Shown one piece after another: positions 54,518 through 64,000 of a stretch of 64,000 nucleotides of DNA (positions are counted from its first letter, which is position 1; each line of letters opens with the position of its first letter). A program made the position numbers and the translations under genes. A model generated the notes under the pieces. The model saw nothing but the letters and a program-made list of their open reading frames with translations, ran no database searches and had not been told where the DNA came from. This DNA is from Styela clava. Lineage: Eukaryota. Location of the stretch: assembly GCF_964204865.1 (NCBI RefSeq), contig NC_135261.1:12648001-12712000 (forward strand), read 5' to 3'.

Positions 54518-57500
54518 ATGGCAACGCTCGATCTCTCAATCTTTCAAGATGCAGCCCCTTATCTGCGTATGTCTCAAGAAGAAATGCTTGTTTTACAAAC
54601 TCAAAAGCCTGACGGTAAGATTGTTTTAAATAAGTTTTTAGTTTACGCATTATCAATGCATCACTGAAACCAAACTTAATAAATATTTATAATATAGGGA
54701 AGAAATACGCTTGGGTACCAGACAAGGAAAAATCCTATTTGAGGGGAGAAGTGATTTCTATCGAAGGAGGAAAGGCAAAATTGAAGACATGTGATGACGG
54801 AAAGGTAACTACAGATTTTGAAAAAGAGAAGTTCACTAGGACTGTTATTCAGAGCTTATATTACTGAATATCTTTTTACAATCTTAGGAAGTAACTGTTA
54901 AAGAAGACGATCTTCAACTGATGAACCCACCTCGATACAACAAATGCGAAGACATGGTAAACATGACTCATCTGAACGAAGCCAGCGTACTCAACAATCT
55001 CAAAGAAAGATACGAAGCTTTCATGATCTACGTAAGCATCTACGACATTGTCCTTACAGAGCCTTTTGTCTTTCAATATATCACTAATCGTGTAATTATG
55101 TTCTATTGCAATATCTAGACATATTCTGGACTTTTCTGTGTCACTGTGAACCCGTACAAGATGTTGCCCGCTTACGCTCCATATGTCATCAACGCTTACA
55201 AAGGAAAGAGACGAACTGAAATGCCTCCTCACTTGTATTCCATTGCTGATAACGCATACACTGAGATGTTGATGAGTATGTAGAAATTATTAAAGTAGAC
55301 AATCAAGATTTTCAAAGAATCAATTTTATATACATATATAATGTTTTTTTTCTCATTTCAGATCGTGAAAATCAGTCCATGTTGATCACGTGAGTATTGT
55401 TTTCAAACCGGTTGATTTAAACATAAAATTCACACACTTACTGACAAACGCTTTTTGTTTTTCATAGTGGAGAATCTGGAGCCGGAAAAACTGTGAACAC
55501 AAAGAAAGTTATTCAGTATTTCGCCTTGGTGGCTGCTGATGGAAATGCTGGTGGAAATGATGATAAGGTAAAATATATAGTCTTATATAATGGTTGTAAC
55601 TTGGTCTTATACTTGTTCATGTTTTACATAATTGTTGCTTTGTTTGTCTCCAGGGAACTTTGGAAGATCAAATTGTTCAGTGTAATCCTGCTATGGAAGC
55701 TTTTGGAAACGCTAAAACCGTGAGAAACGACAACTCATCTCGATTCGTAAGTTGGATAATATATTTGAAATAGACGAGACCATTAAAATAGATTCGAACT
55801 ACAACTTAATTTTTCTATTTCAGGGTAAATTTATCCGTATTCACTTTGGAAGCACTGGTAGTCTTGCATCAGGAGATATTGAGCATTGTAAGTACAACTA
55901 GAACAAAGGCAACAACGACTACAATCAAAGGAACTTCCTTGACAATGTAAAATTATTTTTTCTAGATCTTCTTGAAAAATCTCGTGTAATTTGGCAACAA
56001 GGCGGAGAAAGAAACTACCATATCTTCTACCAACTTATCTCAGGATCAAAACCAGAACTTATCGGTATGTTGAATATACCTAATCTATGTAATTTGGGCT
56101 ATGATGATTTTTTTATTTCAACGGAATATAGGTAAAATATATGTTTATATATCAATTTAAAGAGGAACATCATATTTTTAGACCAACTTTTATTGACAAA
56201 GGATCCTTACGACTATAAATCTATCAGCCAGGGAGTCGTTTCCGTGAATAATTTAGATGATGGTGAAGAATTGCTTTTGACCGACGTAAGTATTTTCAAA
56301 TTTTTGATGTTCGCCTAATTTTCTAATTTTTAAAATAGTTGATTGAAACCACTGAAATTATATTATCAAGGATGCATTCAAAGTTCTTGGTTTCACACCC
56401 GAGGAAATTAGTGGAATCTATCGAATCATGGCTGGTATTATGCATCAACAAAACATGAAGTTCAAAAACAAGCAACGTGAAGAACAAGCTGAACCTGATG
56501 GCACTGAAGGTCAATATAAATTATTTTGTTTGTTGAGCGAAGTTTCGATTTAGTGATTAAGTGTACTTAACATCATTTTTCTTTTTCAGATGCCGACAAG
56601 GTTGCATATTTGTTCGGTATGAACTCTGCCGATTTTCTCAAGTACTTGTGCCATCCACGCGTGAAAGTTGGAAACGAATACGTAACAAAAGGACAAACTG
56701 TGCCACAAGTTACCTATGGTATTGGCGGATTGAGTAAAGGTGTTTTTGAAAAACATTTCAACTGGTTGGTCAAAATCATCAACAACAGTCTCAGCACTAA
56801 ATTGCCGAGAAGTTACTTCATTGGTGTACTCGATATTGCTGGTTTTGAAATCTTTGACGTGAGTGATCCAGATTTGTTCATTGAACTTAAGTCCTTGTAA
56901 ATACGAGATAACATATCAAACGAAATTTCTTTTCGGTTTTGCAGTTTAACAGTTTTGAACAGCTTTGCATTAACTTCACCAATGAAAAATTGCAACAATT
57001 TTTCAACCATCACATGTTCGTTCTGGAACAAGAAGAATACAAGAAGGAAGGAATTGATTGGGTTTTCATTGATTTCGGCATGGACTTGGCTGCTTGCATC
57101 GAACTTATCGAAAAGGTTAGTATTTACAAAACATAGTTTGACAAAAACCATTTTACAACTAGTGTTATAAATATTTCACTGTCTCTCCACTAGCCTCTTG
57201 GAATCATGTCCATCCTCGAAGAAGAATGCATGTTCCCGAAGGCCACTGATAAGTCGTTCATGGACAAATTGTACCAGAATCATTTGGGCAAAACGAAAGC
57301 ATTCGGAAAGCCAATCAAGAAAACTAAATTCGAATCTCACTTCGAACTTCACCATTACGCTGGAACTGTAAGTTTTTGTAAATTTTGTGTTTTCCACTAG
57401 TTGTAGTCACATTAAATTCATTTCTCTATTTTTTTTTAAATATATCAAGGTTGGATACAGCATCACCGATTGGCTCGAGAAAAACAAGGAACCATTGAAC

Positions 57501-60500
57501 AACAGTGTTGTAGATTTGTATAAAAAGTCATCATTGAAACTTATGCAAACTATCTGGGAAGGTTATATGGGCCCAGAAGAAGCTGCTGCAGCAGCAAAAT
57601 CGGGAGGAAAGAGAAAGAAGGGAGGTTCTTTCAACACTGTATCCTCTATGCACAGAGAGAGCTTGAACAAACTCATGACTAACCTGAGGTATGTCAAAAA
57701 CACATGAATATATTATTTCGTTTAGTACTAACATACATTCAATGTTTTATCTCACAAATGCAAATTTTACAGATCGACCGCCCCCCATTTCGTCCGTTGT
57801 ATCGTTCCCAACGAAACAAAAACTCCAGGAGTTATGGATCCTCATGTCGTTTTACATCAGCTTCGTTGTAATGGTGTGTTGGAAGGTATTCGTATTTGCC
57901 GCAAAGGTTTCCCCAACAGACTTCCGTATGGTGATTTCAAGCAAAGATATCGAATCCTCAATCCAAATGCCGTTCCCGATGGTCAGTTCTTAGACAGCAA
58001 AAAAGCTTCCGAAAAGATTCTCTCATCTCTTGAAGGCATCGATCATGAAAAGTACAAACTTGGTCATACAAAAGTGAGCATTGTTGTAATTTTCAGATTT
58101 TAATTTTGTTCATAAACCGCACCAAATATGAACGTATGTAAATACCTTCAGGTTTTCTTCCGTGCTGGTATGTTGGGTGTTTTGGAAGAACTTCGTGACA
58201 ACAAATTGTCCTCAATCTTCAAACTTATTCAAGCTCGTATGCGCGGTAAATTGATGAGAATTGAATACAACAAACTTATTGAAAGAAGGTAATAAATAAA
58301 TCAGTAATGATTATGGATCAATAGTTTGAACATAATATTTAATTCAAAATTATTTTTATACTCATTCAGAGTGGCAGTCCGCGTTCTTCAATCTAACCTT
58401 CGCGCTTTCTTTGGTGTACGTGACTGGGAATGGATGAAACTTATGTTCAAGATCAAACCACTCCTCCAAACTGCTGAAGCTGCAAAAGAACTTGAACAAT
58501 TAGAAGCCGAAAATGAAGAGCTCAAGACCAATTTGGAAAAGGAATCTAAGAGAAGAAAGGAACTTGAAGAATCTCAAGTTTCTCTCATCCAAGAAAAAAA
58601 TGACTTGGTTTTGCAATTACAGTCGGTAAGTAACAAAATAATTTAACCGATCGTTACAACTAAACCTCGTGTAATTACTACAATTATGATGTTGTTTTTT
58701 TTATAAAAGGAACAAGATAGAATAGACGATGCCGAAGATCGTTGTGATCAACTTATCAGAACAAAGGTCGAGTTGGATGGTAAAATCAAAGAAACTCAAG
58801 AAAGACTTGAAGATGAAGAGGAATTAAACAACGAATTGGTTTCTAAGAAACGCAAGTTAGAAGATGAATGCTCTGAATTGAAGAAAGATATTGATGATCT
58901 TGAAATCACTCTTGCTAAAGTGGAAAAAGAAAAACATGCGACTGAAAACAAGGTATACATATCATCTAACATTGTAGAATCATATATGTGACTGAAGCAA
59001 ATATTCTATATATATGTGTTATCTACTTTTACAGTTGAAAAACTTGCAAGAAGAACTCGCATCGCAAGATGAACAAATTGCAAAACTTCAAAAAGAAAAG
59101 AAAGCTCTTCAAGAAGCACATCAACAAACATTGGATGATTTGCAAGGGGAAGAAGACAAAGTCAACAGTCTTACTAAGCAAAAAGCAAAACTTGAACAAC
59201 AAGTTGATGATGTATGTACATGCTTAAATTTATTATGCTTTATTGTATTTTCAACTATATTAAGTTTATAACTGGCGCTTTTTTTTCTAGCTTGAAGCCT
59301 CTCTCGAACAAGAAAAGAAACTCCGAATGGATCTTGAGAGAACTAAGAGAAAGTTGGAAGGAGATTTGAGACTTACTCAAGAAACAGTCATGGATCTTGA
59401 AAATGATAAGCAGAGATTGGAAGAGAAATTGAAGAAGCAAGAATTTGAATACAGTCAACTTGCAACTAAACTTGAAGATGAACAAGCTCTTGTTATGCAA
59501 CTCCAAAAGAAAATCAAAGAACTTCAGGCTCGCATTGAAGAACTTGAAGAAGAACTTGAAGCTGAACGTGCAGCAAGAGCCAAGGTTGAAAAGCAAAGAG
59601 CTGATCTTTCAAGAGAGTTGGAAGAACTAAGCGAACGACTTGAAGAAGCAGGCGGCGCCACTGCTGCTCAGGTAAGTGATAATAGTGATTTAATTCAGAA
59701 AGATTAATACAAACTTGAACTAATGATGATACTAATTTTCCAGGTTGAGCTCAATAAGCGTCGCGAAGCAGAATTTTCGAAACTCCGCCGCGAGTTTGAA
59801 GAATCCAATCTTGCTCACGAAGCAACGGTTTCAACATTACGTAAGAAGCATGCTGATTCAAGTTCTGAAATGAGCGAACAAGTCGATAACTTACAAAGAG
59901 TCAAACAGAAATTGGAAAAAGAAAAAAGTGAAATGAAAATGGAAATTGATGATCTTTCTGCCAACGTTGAAAGTGTTACAAAGGCTAAGGTGAGTAGAAC
60001 TTGAGAACGACTTGTACGCATTCATTGATTAGAAATACATATACACCTGGAATTATTTTCTCACATGTATATTTCAGCTCAACTACGAGAAAATGGCGCG
60101 CAACCTGGAAGAACAATTTGGTGAATCTAAGGCAAAATGCGACAATTTGACCAAAGAAGTAAACGAACTGAACGCTGCTAAAGCTAGATTTGCGTCTGAA
60201 AATGGTAGGTTTGATAGATAGGCATAACAATGCATTGTTTCTAGTAATGCCATATATTCAACGTCTCTGTTATGAACGTGTCCCCAAAAGATTGTATAGA
60301 AATAAGCTTTTCAGATTTGCAATCAAATCTCCCATAAATCTCCATAAATTTATATTTTTACCTCATTCAATGATTTTTGTTTTTGTGTGTGTGCAGGTGA
60401 ACTTTCACGACAACTCGAAGAACGTGAGCATTTGATGGCTCAACTTACAAGAACCAAGAACAGTTCATCACAACAAATTGAAGAACTCAAACGAGTCGTT

Positions 60501-62971
60501 GAAGAAGAAGCTAAAGCAAAAGCTGCTCTTGCACATTCTGTACAAGCTTCAAGACACGATAATGATCTTCTTCGTGAACAGTATGAAGAAGAACAAGAAG
60601 CAAAGGCTGAACTTCAACGAGCTTTGTCAAAAGCAAACGCCGAAGTTGCGCAATGGCGAAACAAATATGAAACCGACGCTATTCAGAGAACCGAAGAATT
60701 AGAGGAAGCAAAGTAAGTAGTCAAATTAAGCGACAAAAAGTTATTATTTAGGGCTTTTGTTGTAAAATGTGGGTATAAATATATATATATCAACATATAT
60801 GTTTGTTATTCAGGAAAAAATTGGCTACTCGTTTACAAGAAGCTGAAGAGCAAGTCGAGGCAACACAAGCAAAATGTGCAAGTCTTGAGAAAACTAAGAA
60901 TCGTCTCCAAGGAGAATTGGAAGATCTTACAATTGATCTTGAGAGATCTAACTCGGCTGCTGCAGCCTTGGATAAGAAACAAAGAAACTTTGATAAGGTA
61001 GATATCTAGATAAGCTCTGATGAAAATAAACTCTGGTGTCATTTATAATATGAATAGTGCATTACGAATGTTGATTTCGTATTTAGATTCTTGCTGAACA
61101 CAAACAAAAAGAAGAAGAATTGCAAGTCGATTTAGAACAAGCACAAAAGGAAGCCCGTGGCTTGTCAACTGAATTATTCAAGATGAAGAATGCTTATGAA
61201 GAATCTCTTGATGCTCTTGAAACTGTCAAGAGAGAAAACAAGAATCTTCAAGAAGAAATTGCTGATCTTACTGATCAACTAGGAGAAGGAGGAAAAAGCA
61301 TTCACGAACTTGAAAAAGCAAAGAGAACTCTTGAACACGAGCGCAACGAAATCCAGGTAAATTGTCTATCTATAGGAAATATATATGACTCAATTTACAA
61401 TATGACCCTATATGACTCAATTTACAATATGGGAGCATTATTTAACGCTATTTATACTGAACAGGCTGCTCTCGAAGAAGCAGAAGGTGCAATCGAAGGT
61501 GAAGAATCAAAAGTACTCCGTCTCCAAGTAGAAATGGCTCAGATAAAGCAAGATTTTGAGAGAAGACTAAGTGAAAAAGAAGAAGAAATTGATAGTCAAA
61601 GGTTAGTTTCTTTGACCCTAAATCAGATAAAATAAGAATAATACGTATGGCAATCATGTTAATTCATGCTCATATTACAGACGTAACCAACAGAGATCAC
61701 TTGAATCAATGCAAACTACTCTTGATTCTGAGAGCAAAGCAAGACAAGAAGCAGTTCGTATGAAGAAGAAGATGGAAGGAGATCTCAACGATCTTGAAAT
61801 TCAACTTGGACATTCTACTCGACAAGCTACTGATTCTCAAAAGGCAGTTAAAGCTGCTCAAGCTCATGTTAAAGTAAGTTCATAATCGGACAATGGCATT
61901 TTTTTAATTTTAGTATTCCCATTTGTTATTAAACAAAATTGCTTTTTAGGATTTGGAATTGCAAGTTGATGAAGCTCAACGTCACTCTGAAGATCTGCAA
62001 GAACAATTTGCTGTCATCGATCGTAGAGAAAACTTACTCAAGGCTGAAATCGATGAGTTGAGATCAGCACTTGAACAAGCAGAACGTGGCCGCAAACTTG
62101 CAGAAACTGAACTCCTTGAAAGCAGCGAACGATCCAATCTTCTTCATACACAAAACACCGCCCTCATTAACCAAAAACGTAAATTGGAAGGAGAATTGCA
62201 AAACATGCAAGGAGAGGTTGAAGAATCGGTTCAAGAACAAAGAAATGCAGAAGAAAAGGCAAAGAAAGCAATCACTGATGTAAGTTTGTGAAAACATATT
62301 GTTTTGCTGTTCTTCGATATTTATCTACTGATTTCAATTTGACAAAAATGTTTTTTTAAATTTCCACTTGAACATCATTTCAGGCTGCAACTATGTCTGA
62401 AGAACTTAAGAAAGAACAAGATCTTTCATCTCACCTGGAAAGAATGAAGAAGAACATGGAACAAACAGTGAAAGATCTTCAGCAAAGACTTGACGAAGCC
62501 GAACAAGTTGCTCTCAAAGGAGGAAAGAAACAAGTTCAAAAACTTGAAACTAGGGTGCGTATGTTGCTACTTATATACGGTACTACCAGGTTGTGAATAT
62601 ATTTAATACTCTATAACTAATTAAACTCTCGGTGTTTTTAGGTACGCGAACTTGAAAACGAACTTGACGCCGAACAACGTCGCAATGGGGAATCTGTGAA
62701 GAACCAACGTAAATACGAACGTAAGTTGAAGGAAGTGACATACCAGGCAGAAGAAGACAAAAAGAATCTGACCCGCATCCAAGATCTTGTTGACAAACTT
62801 CAAATCAAGGTCAAAACATACAAGAGACAAGCTGAAGAAGCCGAGGAACAAGCCAACCAAAACTTATCAAAATATCGTAAACTGCAACACGAATTGGATG
62901 ATGCTGAAGAAAGAGCTGACATGGCAGAATCTGCTCTCAACAAACTCAGATCCAAAGCTCGTGATATGTGA
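54518..62971 (+). CDS. Mhc: Muscle myosin heavy chain, copy 5; complete, multi-exon
   Basis: ATG at 54518 ([17 protein letters not shown]). GESGAGKT at ~55470, [24 protein letters not shown] and full rod are present. TGA at 62969-62971. Confidence 0.97.
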
Positions 62972-63589
62972 AGCAATGTAAGTTGAAATTTAGATAACCA
63001 TTAGTTAATACCAAATACGTTTACTCTTTTTAATCACAACCTATTCTTATTCTTTCACCAGAGTATGGAATAAACAACCGATGGATTGCTCAAAGAAATT
63101 GCTCGATATCAAAGTGATATGTCAAATAATAAAGTGTTTTTAATTTTGCATGTTGAATTTGAAATGAACTTACAAAACTGAATAAAATAATCTATACAAA
63201 GCAAAATGCTAATTGAAATATGGTGTAAGTTTAGTCTCATATAAGCCATGAAAAGGGTTGAAAGGGGTACGGTGGCATTTTTGAGTGCTGCAGTAACAAA
63301 AAGCGGTTGTTGTTTCCCTTACAAATTCTTGACCTTTTAGTGAATGATTTTGCTGAGCCCATTTGAGAGCGAATGTGGGGGTTCGCGATCACATTTTACA
63401 GTAGCTGCGTTCTAAATGGTCTCCAACGCTTGAAGTGGAATAAAGTTTTCAGTATAGTTGCTTGTACAGGGTTTAGTTACAAGCGACTGCGCGGTTGAAA
63501 CCCTATGCTACTCAGTAACTTCTTATATATATATATCATATTACAAGGAGAACATTTAGAATTAAAACCTTGGGAATATGGACTTGTGT

Positions 63590-63702
63590 GGGCGCTTCAG
63601 TAGTATTCGTGCCAAGATGGCGCCCAACCTGCTATCACTAATCTGGTACACATACTATGTTCAGGTTGTGCGTTATCTTGGTACGAATACTACGGGAGCA
63701 CC
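63590..63702. mobile_element. Small palindromic MITE
   Basis: Long imperfect inverted repeat GTAGTATTCGTGCCAAGAT..CAACCTG / CAGGTTG..ATCTTGGTACGAATACTAC. Same family as 19787-19890. Confidence 0.6.
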
Positions 63703-64000
63703 ACATGAATTATTTTTATTTAATCGCGCTTGATAAAATCGGTTATAATAGAAGTTCACCCCTTATAATCTAACTTGTTAAACTTTGGGTACAAAATTTC
63801 CTGTCTAGCTCGTCTCATTTTAACTGTTAATGCTAATCCTAATGAACACGTTTGCCAGCGCACCTCCGATTATCCCGCACAGGTTCAAATGCCGTGAGGG
63901 ATAATTACGCGCTTTCCCACCACTGAGAATAAATATAAAACTCACATCCTGATGCAAACACAAGTAATAACCAGGATAAACATATTTCCAACTAGTGAAA

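Noticed and set aside
61357-61464. Stop-free in-frame intron in copy 5 (108 nt, with an internal short tandem duplication); similarly 25319-25393 in copy 3
   Set aside because: Both have normal GT-AG signals, and the open frame is not conserved in the homologous introns of other copies. Chance is sufficient.

Overview
AT-rich eukaryotic genomic DNA with many 60-100 nt GT-AG introns, most likely from an ascidian/tunicate. That assignment is an inference from the compact introns, the chordate-type sarcomeric myosin intron positions and the T-box/E-box muscle promoters. The window holds a cluster of five nearly identical class II (sarcomeric muscle) myosin heavy chain genes arranged -> -> <- <- ->. 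Copy 1 is 5'-truncated by the window (..4922 +); the others are copy 2 (9453-17968 +), copy 3 (30555-22183 -), copy 4 (52275-43678 -) and copy 5 (54518-62971 +). Copies 3 and 4 arose by a tandem segmental duplication whose junction can be placed at ~33303. Intron sequences are a patchwork between copies, which points to gene conversion. The spacers carry nested transposons: hAT MITEs with TSDs, an RNase H-bearing LINE 3' end, a piggyBac remnant, a tRNA-derived SINE and a hairpin-ended element. Two observations stand out. (1) A decayed herpesvirus-gB-like (class III fusogen) glycoprotein gene at ~36980-38900 (-) sits back-to-back with a piggyBac transposase remnant. (2) In four myosin copies the TGA stop falls at the position of the vertebrate tailpiece Gly, two codons before the conserved last intron. 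In copies 1, 3 and 5 the downstream exon still reads in frame as E/S-M-E-stop, so this is either readthrough or a nonsense change homogenised across the cluster.
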